A DNA stretch of 64,000 bases, from assembly GCA_965249575.1 (NCBI GenBank), contig OZ252244.1:142612-206611 (forward strand), written 5' to 3'. Positions within the stretch are counted from its first letter, which is position 1, and every line of letters starts with the position of its first letter. This document shows positions 9,717 to 19,004 of this stretch, piece after piece. The notes beneath the pieces are model-generated. The model saw nothing but the letters and a program-made list of their open reading frames with translations, did no database searches and was not told where the DNA came from. This DNA comes from Gemmatimonadales bacterium. Lineage in GTDB: Bacteria > Gemmatimonadota > Gemmatimonadetes > Gemmatimonadales > GWC2-71-9. Both the position numbers and the translations under genes were made by a program.

Positions 9717-11048
9717 GTGACCGCCCCAGCCGTGGCGGCGCCGGTCTCCGCGCTGCTCGAGCAGTTTCGACGCAAACGACTGCTCGTGACCATCCTGCTG
9801 TTCGTCGCGTACGCGGGGTACTACTTCTGCCGCGTGACTCTTCCGGTTGCACTGCCGGTCATCCGAGACGCCTTCGACTACACCAATACCGAGATGGGCT
9901 TCATCCTCTCGGCTTATTTCACCGTCTACGCCGTCTCAAAGCTCGCGAACGGATTCCTCGGAGATCGCGTCGGCGGCAAAGTGATGCTCTTGGTCGGTGT
10001 CACCGGAACCGTGGTGTGCAATGTCACGTTCGGATTCGGGCGCGAACTCACCTTCTTTGTCCTCATCTGGGCGACCAACGCCTTCTTCCAGTCCATGGGA
10101 TGGCTATCCATCGTTCCGATCATGGCCCAGTGGTATACGAACCGGGAGACCGGGAAAACGATGGGCGTCATGGCTTTGAGCTATCAGCTGGGAGATTTTG
10201 CCGCCCGATCCTCCGCGGCGGCCCTGATCGTCGCTCTCGGCTGGTCCGGGTTGTTCTGGGCGCACGCCGCATTACTCGGATTGCTGGGCGTCGCGCTGAT
10301 CGTGCTGGTCAAACCGTCTCCGGTAAGATTGGGGCTTCCAGACATCGGCCAATACACCGCGTACGTCGTGTCGGGAGACCCGGACCAACTCACGGCCGAG
10401 CCGGACCAGCCGCGGGACTCGCCGGGGCGATCTGCCATCGCGAACCGTTGGATGCGCGGCATGCTGGCCAACTTCCAGTTTTGGGTCGTTTGCACCAGTT
10501 ATCTCTTCATCTCCATCATTCGGTACGTGTTCTGGGGTTGGTCCGTGCAGTACTTGATCGAGAACGGAGCTACCCTCGGCTCGGCTGCTTTCACGTCTGC
10601 GATCTTCCCGTTGCTGGGATCCGCGGGCTCGATCACGGCGGGCTGGGTGTCTGACAGCATCGGCGCGAGGCGGGGCCCGGTCCTCGCGGTCATGGGCCTT
10701 CTGTTGACCGCTTCGGTCTATTTCTTTAGCCAAGTGCCCGGAGATCAGCCCGTGTGGCTCATGATCGGGCTAGGTCTGGTCGGGTTCACCTTGTACGGAC
10801 CCTATTCCTTGATGGCGGGCGCGGTGGCCATGGATTTCGGCTGGAAGTACTCCTCTTCGACGGCCGCGGGCATCATCGACGCGATCGGGGCCGTCGGAGC
10901 CATCCTGACTGGTGTCGGGATGGGATTTCTCATCGACTCCTATGGCTGGGACAACGCGTTCGCCATCATTATCGCCATGGCCCTCGTGTCGAGCGCGCTG
11001 AACTTCACGCTCTGGAATCTCAAACCCTCTCACACGATCAACCACTAG
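9717..11048 (+). CDS. MFS transporter (organophosphate:Pi antiporter / GlpT-UhpC-like)
   Basis: 443 aa with about 12 hydrophobic segments. YAGYYFCRV and GFLGDRVGGK motifs are typical of the sugar-phosphate MFS subfamily. GTG start. Confidence 0.8.
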   Translation: MTAPAVAAPVSALLEQFRRKRLLVTILLFVAYAGYYFCRVTLPVALPVIRDAFDYTNTEMGFILSAYFTVYAVSKLANGFLGDRVGGKVMLLVGVTGTVVCNVTFGFGRELTFFVLIWATNAFFQSMGWLSIVPIMAQWYTNRETGKTMGVMALSYQLGDFAARSSAAALIVALGWSGLFWAHAALLGLLGVALIVLVKPSPVRLGLPDIGQYTAYVVSGDPDQLTAEPDQPRDSPGRSAIANRWMRGMLANFQFWVVCTSYLFISIIRYVFWGWSVQYLIENGATLGSAAFTSAIFPLLGSAGSITAGWVSDSIGARRGPVLAVMGLLLTASVYFFSQVPGDQPVWLMIGLGLVGFTLYGPYSLMAGAVAMDFGWKYSSSTAAGIIDAIGAVGAILTGVGMGFLIDSYGWDNAFAIIIAMALVSSALNFTLWNLKPSHTINH

Positions 11049-11063
11049 CAGAGGCCGTTGACG

Positions 11064-12077
11064 ATGCTGTTTAGGCGATGGATTTCAACAGTCGACACCC
11101 ATACTGAGGGTGAACCCACCCGGATCATCACCGGGGGTCTCGCCCCGCTCAAAGGCGACACGATGTTGGCGCGGCTCGAAGATTTTCGCGCGCGCATGGA
11201 CGACGTCCGTCGGACACTCATCGCCGAGCCACGTGGCCACAAGGACATGTACGGGTGTGTCCTCACGCCCCCGATCGCACCCGGGGCCGCCTACGGCGTA
11301 TTCTTCATGGACAACGCCGACTATATGACCATGTGCGGGCACGCGACGGTCGGCGTGTCGACCGCCCTCGTCGATTTGGGGATGGTGCCCGTCGAGGAGC
11401 CAACCACCCGTTTCGTGCTCGAGACTCCAGCGGGGTTGGTGGAATCCACGGTCACGACCAAGAATGGGAGGGCGGAGCGTGTCGCCTTCCGAAACGTGCC
11501 GGCCTTTGTGGAGCAGCTGGACGTCCGCATCTCGGTTCCGGGGATCGGTGACGTAACGGCAGATATCGCCTACGGCGGGAACTGGTTCGCGTTCTTCGAC
11601 GCCGGCGAGATGGGACTGGAGCTCTCATTACGCAACATCAAGAACGTAGTGGACGTTGGGATGAGAATCATGGACGCCGCAAACGACCAGGTGACCGTAC
11701 AGCATCCCGAGGTTCCCCGAAGCAACCGCATCAACATCGTGACCGCGGTGACGAAGCCCGAAGATCCCACCCGTACGTACCGGAACGTGCACGTGTTCGG
11801 CCCACGGCAATTCGACCGGTCTCCCGGCGGCACGGGGACCTGCGCCAGAATGGCGGTGCTCCACGCAAGGGGCCGACTCGCGGTCGGTGGAGACGTGTTC
11901 GTTGAGAGCGTCACAGGAGGTGTCTTTCGCGGCCGGATTCTCGACGAGACCACGGTCGGGACCCACAAGGCGGTCGTTCCGGAGATCACCGGCTCCGCCC
12001 ACATCACCGGCATTCACCAGTTCGTGGTCGATCCCCGCGATCGGCTGCAGACCGGATTCCCGACGGAATGGGCCTGA
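11064..12077 (+). CDS. Proline racemase family enzyme (4-hydroxyproline 2-epimerase / proline racemase type, Cys/Cys)
   Basis: The N-terminal VDTHTEGEPTRIITGG motif is diagnostic. Both catalytic positions are Cys (MCGHAT and SPGGTGTCARMA), which is the racemase/epimerase configuration. TTG 11058 is an alternative start. Confidence 0.85.
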   Translation: MLFRRWISTVDTHTEGEPTRIITGGLAPLKGDTMLARLEDFRARMDDVRRTLIAEPRGHKDMYGCVLTPPIAPGAAYGVFFMDNADYMTMCGHATVGVSTALVDLGMVPVEEPTTRFVLETPAGLVESTVTTKNGRAERVAFRNVPAFVEQLDVRISVPGIGDVTADIAYGGNWFAFFDAGEMGLELSLRNIKNVVDVGMRIMDAANDQVTVQHPEVPRSNRINIVTAVTKPEDPTRTYRNVHVFGPRQFDRSPGGTGTCARMAVLHARGRLAVGGDVFVESVTGGVFRGRILDETTVGTHKAVVPEITGSAHITGIHQFVVDPRDRLQTGFPTEWA

Positions 12078-12171
12078 GCGCCTACGCCGCTCTCCGAACG
12101 GCACGGGGCGTTCGCGCGTCAGAGTGCGCCCGCGCGTTTCCGGTCTCCGATCGAGCGAGCCGCGCCTCCAC

Positions 12172-12633
12172 ATGATGGAGAAGCGCCAACCCCATCAACT
12201 GCTCGCGGAGTTCGCGGTGATCGTACGCCTCCCCGTCCAATGGGGTGAGCTGGACGCCTATGGACACGTGAACAACTCGATGTTCTTCCGCTATTTCGAG
12301 TCCGCACGCATGGAATACCTGGAGCGATGCGGTTTCCTCCATTCGTACGAGCGGGACAAAGTCGGCGCGATCCTGCACTCGACTCAGTGCCGATTCAAGC
12401 GGGCGTTGTTCTTCCCAGACACGATCGAGGTCGGCACTCGCGTGATCGAAATGCAGGAAGACCGGTTCACCATGGAGTACCACGTGGTGTCGCTGGGCCA
12501 GGATGCACTCGTCGCGGAGGGAACCGGCGTCATCGTCTCGTTTGACTACACGGGGAAGGCAAAGGCTCCCATTCCGCCCGACGTGCGGGAGGCTATCGGA
12601 TCGCTGGATCGGGGACGCGGCGCGCGGGATTAG
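12172..12633 (+). CDS. Acyl-CoA thioesterase, 4HBT/YbgC-like hotdog fold
   Basis: VRLPVQWGELDAYGHVNNSMFFRYFESARMEYL is the YbgC/4HBT catalytic-region pattern. Start set at ATG 12172, because the upstream part of track ORF 11887.. overlaps the previous gene. Confidence 0.8.
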   Translation: MMEKRQPHQLLAEFAVIVRLPVQWGELDAYGHVNNSMFFRYFESARMEYLERCGFLHSYERDKVGAILHSTQCRFKRALFFPDTIEVGTRVIEMQEDRFTMEYHVVSLGQDALVAEGTGVIVSFDYTGKAKAPIPPDVREAIGSLDRGRGARD

Positions 12634-12660
12634 CGCGCCAGGGACACGGCTCTCGGAACG

Positions 12661-12867
12661 CTACTGCAGCGCGATGGTGCCATCGACCGTCGCCTCGGAG
12701 TCGAGACCGTCGATGGTCAACCGCGCACGAGCCCGAAGCGTCTCACTGCCCGACAGGGACCCGGACCTGACGCCTTCGCGAACGGCTCGCTCCATCTCTC
12801 GCTGCGCCGCGATGCCGAACTTCTTGAGGAACTTCCTCAACTCGAGGTTGAAGACCTCTTCGTTCAC
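12661..12867 (-). CDS. Small conserved hypothetical protein (68 aa)
   Basis: GTG 12867 is preceded by GGAGAAGG. The peptide VNEEVFNLELRKFLKKFGIAAQREMERAV... has normal, non-shadow composition. The family assignment is my recollection only (a small DUF-type protein). Confidence 0.5.
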   Translation of the reverse strand: MNEEVFNLELRKFLKKFGIAAQREMERAVREGVRSGSLSGSETLRARARLTIDGLDSEATVDGTIALQ

Positions 12868-12886
12868 TGACCTTCTCCTCCCACCC

Positions 12887-13915
12887 CTATGCCGCCACTG
12901 TCCAGGTCGCGCCCTTGCGTAGCAACGACCCGAAATCCTCCTCCGAAAGGCCCTGCTGGGCGGCTTCGATCTGAGCATGGACGTCGGCCTCGTAAGTCGG
13001 TGCCGGGGCGTCGTACAGGACCCCGGTGGCAACCGGGAACTCAGGGGCTTCGAGCGAACCCAGCAGCGTCGCAAGCATTCGGTTCGTTTGGTCGTGCACG
13101 AGGACGTCTTCGCGCCGGACTCCGCCCTCGCCCACGCGCACGATTTCGAAGGCCAGGCCGTTCGACGTGAGCCGCAGTCCTTTGTCCTGATTTGCCCCGA
13201 AAAGCAGCGGCTCCCCGTGCTCTACCCGGAGTTGCATCTCGGACGCGACCGCCTTCGCCGTGAAATCATCAAAGACGCCGTCGTTGAAGACAACGCAGTT
13301 CTGGAAGACTTCCACGAATGCCGCACCCCGATGTTCGTGAGATCGCTTCAAGATGCCCACCAGGTGCTGCTGTTGGGTATCGATCGAGCGCGCCACGAAC
13401 CGCGCCCCGGCTCCCAGCGCGAACGCCACCGGTGAAACAGGGTTGTCCAGCGAACCCTGCGGGGTCGACGGTGACCGTGTACCCCGTCGCGACGTCGGTG
13501 AATACTGCCCTTTGGTCAGCCCGTAGATCTCGTTATTGAAGAGGATGATCTGCAGATCGACGTTCCGCCGCAGAATGTGAAGCATGTGATTGCCGCCGAT
13601 GCTGAGGCCGTCACCATCGCCGACGATGACCCACACGTCGAGGTCGGGATTGGCCAACTTGACGCCCGTCGCCACCGCTGGCGCGCGGCCATGAATCGTG
13701 TGAAATCCATACGTGGCCATATAGTACGGGAAACGTGCCGCGCACCCGATGCCGGAGACGAAAACCGTCTGCTCCGGTGACGCGCCTATCTCGGCCATGG
13801 TCTTCTGCATCGCCTTGAGAATCGCGTAGTCGCCGCAACCGGGGCACCACCGCACCTCCTGGTCCGACGCGTAATCCTTTGGTTTGAGGGACTCGGTGCG
13901 AGTCGCGACAATCAT
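12887..13915 (-). CDS. korB: 2-oxoglutarate:ferredoxin oxidoreductase, beta (TPP-binding) subunit
   Basis: CPGCGDY motif and the GDGDGLSIGGNH TPP-binding motif. ATG 13915 lies 1 nt after the korA stop, with GGAG 8 nt upstream. Confidence 0.9.
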   Translation of the reverse strand: MIVATRTESLKPKDYASDQEVRWCPGCGDYAILKAMQKTMAEIGASPEQTVFVSGIGCAARFPYYMATYGFHTIHGRAPAVATGVKLANPDLDVWVIVGDGDGLSIGGNHMLHILRRNVDLQIILFNNEIYGLTKGQYSPTSRRGTRSPSTPQGSLDNPVSPVAFALGAGARFVARSIDTQQQHLVGILKRSHEHRGAAFVEVFQNCVVFNDGVFDDFTAKAVASEMQLRVEHGEPLLFGANQDKGLRLTSNGLAFEIVRVGEGGVRREDVLVHDQTNRMLATLLGSLEAPEFPVATGVLYDAPAPTYEADVHAQIEAAQQGLSEEDFGSLLRKGATWTVAA

Positions 13916-13916
13916 C

Positions 13917-15791
13917 TCACTGCTCCAATCTCGACCGGACCGCGTCAACGATCTCGGTAATCTTGAACGGTTGGCCCGTCACCTTGTTCAATCCCTCGGC
14001 CGGCAGGAGATACGTGCTGCGGAGAATGGTGACGAGCTGGCCCGCGTTCATTTCGGGTACCAGGATGTGATCGAATCCCTGCAACAGCTGGCCCAGGTTC
14101 GACGGGAATGGGTTCAAGTACCGAATGTGGATGTGCGATACCTCCAGACCATCCGCACGCAATCGTTTGACCGCCTGGTGGATCGCGCCATGCGTAGATC
14201 CCCACGCAACCAAGGCGAGCCGTCCGCGCTCCTCACCCAGATCGACCTGTTGCTGCGGCACGTCCTTGGCGATCCCCGCGATCTTGGCCGCCCGCACCTC
14301 GGTCATCTTCTCGTGGTTCTCTGGATCGTAGGAGATATGGCCCGTATCGTAGCTCTTCTCGATCCCCCCGATCCGATGCTCGAGACCCGGCGTTCCTGGG
14401 AGGGCCCAGGCCCGCGCGAGCGTCTTGGGGTCTCGCACGAAGGGGTGGAATCCTTCGGGCTCCGTGCGGAACGAAACCGGGAATGGCGGTAGTGATTCGG
14501 TCTCCGGAATGAGCCACGGCTCCGCCGCGTTGGCCAGGTAGCCGTCGGTCAGCACGATGACCGGGGTCATGTAGCGCGTGGCCAACCGGACGGCCTCCAT
14601 CGCTACCTCGAAACAGTCGCCCGGCGTCGCGGACGCGATGACCGGCAGCGGCGCATCGGCGTTCCGCCCGTAGAGCGCTTGGAACAGATCCGATTGCTCC
14701 GTTTTGGTCGGCATACCGGTAGAGGGTCCCGCCCGCTGCGAATTCACCACGATGAGCGGCAGTTCGGCGCTGATCGCCAGACCGAGCGCTTCGGCTTTCA
14801 GGGCGACCCCGGGACCCGAGCTGGACGTTATACCCAAGACGCCCGTATACGACGCTCCAATGGCCGCGCAGATCGCGCTGATCTCGTCTTCCGCCTGGAA
14901 CGTGATGACGCCGTACTGCTTCAGATTGGCCAACGTGTGCAGCAGCGGCGACGCGGGCGTGATGGGATACGATCCAAGAAAGAGATTCTTCAACCCGGCG
15001 CGGCGCGCACCAAGCAACAGGCCCCACGCCATGGTCTCGGTTCCGCTGACCGTGCGATAGGTGCCCGGCGCAACGGTGGCTTTGGGTACATATGCCGTGA
15101 ACTCGCTCCCGAGCTCCGCCGTCTCGCCGAAGGCGTGTCCCGCGTTGAGGGCAGTGATGTTCGCGTTGGCCACGTCCGGAATCTTGGCAAATTTTTTCGC
15201 GAGCCAGTCGACCGTCGCCTGCCGGTCGCGCCCGAACATCCAGAGCGCGAGTCCCAGCGCCCACATGTTTCGCGAGCGCAGCGCTTGTTTCTGGCTGAGA
15301 CCAAACTCCTTGACCGCCTCGAGCGTGAGCTTGGAGATGTCGAACTTGAGTACGCGGTAGGGCGCCATCTCGCCGTCATCCAACGGGCTCTCGGAAAACC
15401 CCGCTTTCGCGATGTTCCGATTCGTAAACGCACCGGTATCGACGACGATGGTTCCGCCCTGGCGGAGATCTCGGACGTTTACTTTGAGCGCGGCAGGGTT
15501 CATGGCGAACAACACGTCCAGCTCATCGCCGGGTGTCGTGACGTCGCCCGAACCAAAGTGTACCTGAAAGGCCGATACCCCGAATGTCGTCCCTGCTGGA
15601 GCGCGAATCTCGGCGGGAAAATCCGGGAAGGTGGCGAGGTCGTTACCGATTAGGGCCGTTTCGAGCGTGAACTGCGACCCCGTGAGCTGCATGCCATCGC
15701 CCGAGTCACCCGCGAACCGCACGACGACCGAGTCGCGCGGCTCGCGGGCCTGAGCTCCCTCAGGCGCGTTGTTACCGTTTCCCGCGTCCAT
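13917..15791 (-). CDS. korA: 2-oxoglutarate:ferredoxin oxidoreductase, alpha subunit
   Basis: VRFAGDSGDGMQLTG... through YPITPAS motifs typical of KorA/OorA. Start taken at ATG 15791 (MDAGNG), with ATG 15809 as an alternative. The track start at 15902 is unlikely. Confidence 0.9.
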   Translation of the reverse strand: MDAGNGNNAPEGAQAREPRDSVVVRFAGDSGDGMQLTGSQFTLETALIGNDLATFPDFPAEIRAPAGTTFGVSAFQVHFGSGDVTTPGDELDVLFAMNPAALKVNVRDLRQGGTIVVDTGAFTNRNIAKAGFSESPLDDGEMAPYRVLKFDISKLTLEAVKEFGLSQKQALRSRNMWALGLALWMFGRDRQATVDWLAKKFAKIPDVANANITALNAGHAFGETAELGSEFTAYVPKATVAPGTYRTVSGTETMAWGLLLGARRAGLKNLFLGSYPITPASPLLHTLANLKQYGVITFQAEDEISAICAAIGASYTGVLGITSSSGPGVALKAEALGLAISAELPLIVVNSQRAGPSTGMPTKTEQSDLFQALYGRNADAPLPVIASATPGDCFEVAMEAVRLATRYMTPVIVLTDGYLANAAEPWLIPETESLPPFPVSFRTEPEGFHPFVRDPKTLARAWALPGTPGLEHRIGGIEKSYDTGHISYDPENHEKMTEVRAAKIAGIAKDVPQQQVDLGEERGRLALVAWGSTHGAIHQAVKRLRADGLEVSHIHIRYLNPFPSNLGQLLQGFDHILVPEMNAGQLVTILRSTYLLPAEGLNKVTGQPFKITEIVDAVRSRLEQ

Positions 15792-16178
15792 CTGGACTGA
15801 GCCTCCCATATTCTTGTGCCGCATAACAATATGACGTAGCTGAACCCCAGACGCCAACCTCCCCGGCGGCGCCGCGATCGTTGGAGGGCGGCTTTCCGGC
15901 ACGTCAGCCTCGCCTCAGTTGTCCAGTGGGGGCCGCCCGAGGGGCCGACTTGGCCTCGCCGCACCGCCCCGGGGGGGTACCGCCGGCACCGGCATGCTTG
16001 ATGCAACCTGAGGTCTCTGGTGGTTCTCGGGCGGTGGGAACCCGCCCGACCGCCGCGGCGGGCACGCCACGCAAGTGCATATCTCACTTGACGATCCTTG
16101 GCAGCGGGCGCAAGTTCGGCGGGTCAGCGCGAACGAAATCGCACGCCCCGAGCGCTCGACGGGAGAGAGCGACCCTAC

Positions 16179-18033
16179 ATGCAGTGCGCCCAATGTGCTA
16201 CACCTGTCCCTGAAGACGCGAGGTTCTGCCACAGCTGTGGCTCGCTGGTCTCCGACGCCGAGGGCCAAGCCGCCGCGACCGGGGCAATGGATGCATCGGC
16301 GTTCCAGCACATGGAGCAGCTCGTTCGCGACGACACCACTGGCGAGTTTGAGATCCTGCGCATGTTGGGACGCGGCGGCATGGCGATGGTGTACCTCGCC
16401 AATGAGGTCCACCTAGCCCGAAAAGTCGCCATCAAGGTCCTTCCGCCCGAACTGACCTTCGGCCACGGCGTCGAGCGCTTCAAGCGCGAGGCGAAGACCG
16501 CCGCCGCCCTGGACCATCCAAACATCGTTCCGATCTACCGAGTCGCATCCGGGGGGGAAATCTTCTGGTACGCGATGAAGTACCTCGAGGGGCAATCGCT
16601 GGACGACCTCTTGAAGGAGCGGGGCCGATTTTCCCTCGGCGAGACCATCGGGATCCTCGGACAGGTCGCAGACGCTCTGGACTACGCGCACGAGCACCGG
16701 GTCATCCATCGCGACATCAAACCGGCCAACGTCATGCTCGACTCCAGAAACCGCGTCGTGGTGACGGATTTCGGGATTGCCAAGGCACTGACCGAGGGAA
16801 CCCTGACGGCGTCGGGGTCGGTCATCGGAACACCGTACTTCATGTCCCCCGAGCAAGGGATGGGAAAACCGGTCACCGGTGCGTCCGATCTGTACTCGGT
16901 GGGGGTCATGGCCTATCGCATGCTCGCGGGCCAGGTACCGTTCGAGGGCGATTCGGCGATCGACATCCTTCACAAGCACTGCATGATTCCCGCGCCGCCG
17001 CTCGATTCCGCATGGCCCGAAGCGCCAGCTCACGTCGTGCGGGCACTCCAGCGGACGCTGGAAAAAGCGCCGGAGCGACGGTTCCCGACGGTCAACGCGT
17101 TTGTCGAGGGTCTCAAAGCGCCCGGAGCCCAGGACGCCGAGCGGGAGGCGGCGACCGTGATGGTGCCGAAGGAGGCCGCGTCAGGCGTCGCCTCGCGGTC
17201 CCTCGATGCGGCATCGCAGCGCACGGAGATCATGGAGTCCAGCGGTGACCCAACGGGCCGGACCAGGCCGCCCATGCAGACGAGACCGCCGGCACCGAAG
17301 CCGAAGTCCCGCTGGCCGGTGCGCGTGGCAGCCGGGGTTACGCTGCTGGCCGCTGGAGCGGGAGCCGCGTGGTGGTTCTCGAACCAACCCGCGTCGACCA
17401 CGGCTGCCGGTGCCACCGACGCCGCGGTGCTCGCGTCCGCCGTCAATCGATCCGACCGAGCCCGCCGGAACCGCGTTGGCGCCGCCGGTCGATTCGACGC
17501 CGACGGCTGCCGCACTTCCACCACCTCCCGAGCCCACCACCGGGCGCGTGACAGTTACAGGTTTGCCATCGGGAGGAACGGTGAGCGTGAATGGCCGCCG
17601 GCAGACGGGGACGACGTTCGAACTTTCAGAGGGCCGGCACACCATCCGCATGGCCGCCGCCGGTTACGAGCCGGTCACGGACAACATCAACATCGTGGCC
17701 GGCGAGGCGCTGCGGATCCGATTCGTGGCTCGGCGAGTGGCCCAGGCGCCGCCTCGGGTGACGCAGACACCTCCGGCCCGGCAACAGCCGGCTCCACCCC
17801 CGGCACCCGCGGCGCCTACCAGGGGGGTCTTGCTCATGCGCATCAACCCGTGGGCCAACGTGTTCATCGACGGCGTGGAGCTGGGGGCGAAGACCACCGT
17901 CCGAGACACGTTGACCGCCGGCGCTCACGCGCTTCGCCTCGAGCGAGAGGGATTCGCAACGGTGGACACCACGATCGCCATTACCGCGGGTGCGGACACC
18001 CGGATGAACGTACGCCTGAGGAGTCAGCCATAA
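16179..18033 (+). pseudogene. Hanks-type Ser/Thr protein kinase (zinc ribbon - kinase - TM - 2x PEGA) with an apparent +1 frameshift near 17400-17445
   Basis: Frame 0 from ATG 16179 gives the zinc ribbon MQCAQCATPVPEDARFCHSCG. The kinase domain is complete: GRGGMAMVY, VAIKVL, HRDIKPAN, DFGIAK, SPEQ. A TM helix VRVAAGVTLLAAGAGAAWWF follows. The PEGA-like domains GRVTVTGLPSGGTVSVNG...GYEPV and INPWANVFIDG...EREGFATV are in frame +1 (track ORF 17206..18033). That frame ends TAA 18031-18033 and overlaps the next ATG as TAATG. Confidence 0.8.
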
Positions 18034-18980
18034 TGCCGAGAACCATCGTGGCCCGCGCGGTATGGGTTGGAATCGCGATCGCGATCCTGCTCGCGCCGCG
18101 GTTGGCCTGGGCACAGGACGATCGGGACCAAATGATCGCCAATGCTCAGAGCGCCTACGACAACTTCGAGAGCGCCCGCGCTGCTCAGCTCCTCAGAACC
18201 GCGCTCAACCCCACGTTGGGCCCGCAGACCGGCGCGTGGGCGAGCGGGGGCCAGCTGCTCCTCCAGATCTTGATCGAAGAGGGTCAGACCACGACCGCTC
18301 GAGTCTGGGCGCCATGGGCTGTGCGGCTCGACCCGACGATGCCAATCGACAGCGTGACGTTCCTGCCGGCAGTCGTGCAGGCAGTCGTGGACGCGCGGGT
18401 GTTCGTGGGGCCACGGACGGCGGCCGACGTAGCGACGACGACGACATGGGATTGGAGCGACGTGAACTCCGGCAGCGCTACCGGCCGGGTGAGCGTCGCG
18501 CCATCGGCCCAGCAGGCGCGGGTGCTGCTCATCGGTGTGGGGCTCCTTCCTCCCGGTGGAGTGCGCGATCTCGCCGCCGGCAGCTATCAGATCGAGGCCG
18601 CGGCCGATGGCTTCGTGACCGCTCGCGTCACGCGCGAGGTGCTGCCCGGTGTCGCCACGACACTCGCCTTCGACCTGGTGTCCGACGCACCGGTCGCGCA
18701 AGCACCACCACCGGACGCGGCGCCGCCACCGGTAGCCGATACGGCCGAGGCGGCTCTACCCCAAGCACCTCCGCCTCCCGGCCCGGCGCAGCCCGAGCCG
18801 GAGGTCGAGCAGGGCGGAGGCTTTCCGGTAGCGGTGTTCGCGGTGCTGGGGATCGCCGGCGCGGGGGCCGCGGTGGCGGTGCTGGCAGGTGGCAAAAAGC
18901 CCGGACCGGTCACTAACGGGAACGGGCCCAACGGGCCCACCACCGGCGGCATCACCATCAGCGTCCCGGTAGATCCGTAG
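18033..18980 (+). CDS. Secreted, C-terminally membrane-anchored protein with PEGA-like domain and Pro-rich linker
   Basis: ATG 18033 is coupled to the upstream stop (TAATG). Signal peptide VWVGIAIAILLAPRLAWAQ, PEGA-like GSYQIEAAADGFVTARVTREV, a PPPDAAPPPV...PPPPGP stretch, and TM FPVAVFAVLGIAGAGAAVAVLAG. The track shows it only as the tail of the 960-aa ORF. Confidence 0.65.
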   Translation: MPRTIVARAVWVGIAIAILLAPRLAWAQDDRDQMIANAQSAYDNFESARAAQLLRTALNPTLGPQTGAWASGGQLLLQILIEEGQTTTARVWAPWAVRLDPTMPIDSVTFLPAVVQAVVDARVFVGPRTAADVATTTTWDWSDVNSGSATGRVSVAPSAQQARVLLIGVGLLPPGGVRDLAAGSYQIEAAADGFVTARVTREVLPGVATTLAFDLVSDAPVAQAPPPDAAPPPVADTAEAALPQAPPPPGPAQPEPEVEQGGGFPVAVFAVLGIAGAGAAVAVLAGGKKPGPVTNGNGPNGPTTGGITISVPVDP

Positions 18981-19004
18981 GCGCCCGAGGTTATGAGGTA
19001 GTTA

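Noticed and set aside
8129-9793. 554-aa minus-strand ORF
   Set aside because: Antisense to the esterase gene. Its Arg/Pro/Gly-rich low-complexity composition is typical of shadow ORFs in GC-rich DNA, and it has no motifs.
16095-16125. Sigma54-like TGGCAG-N5-GCAAG upstream of kinase 1
   Set aside because: The spacing and the -12 element do not fit the GG-N10-GC rule (TGGCAC-N5-TTGC).
16098-18980. 960-aa ORF in the track that looks like one giant kinase protein
   Set aside because: Only the first ~410 codons (from ATG 16179) and the last ~315 codons (from ATG 18033) have protein-like composition. The ~200 codons in between are Arg/His/Gly-rich read-through, while another frame encodes clean PEGA domains. 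It is a high-GC read-through joining two genes.
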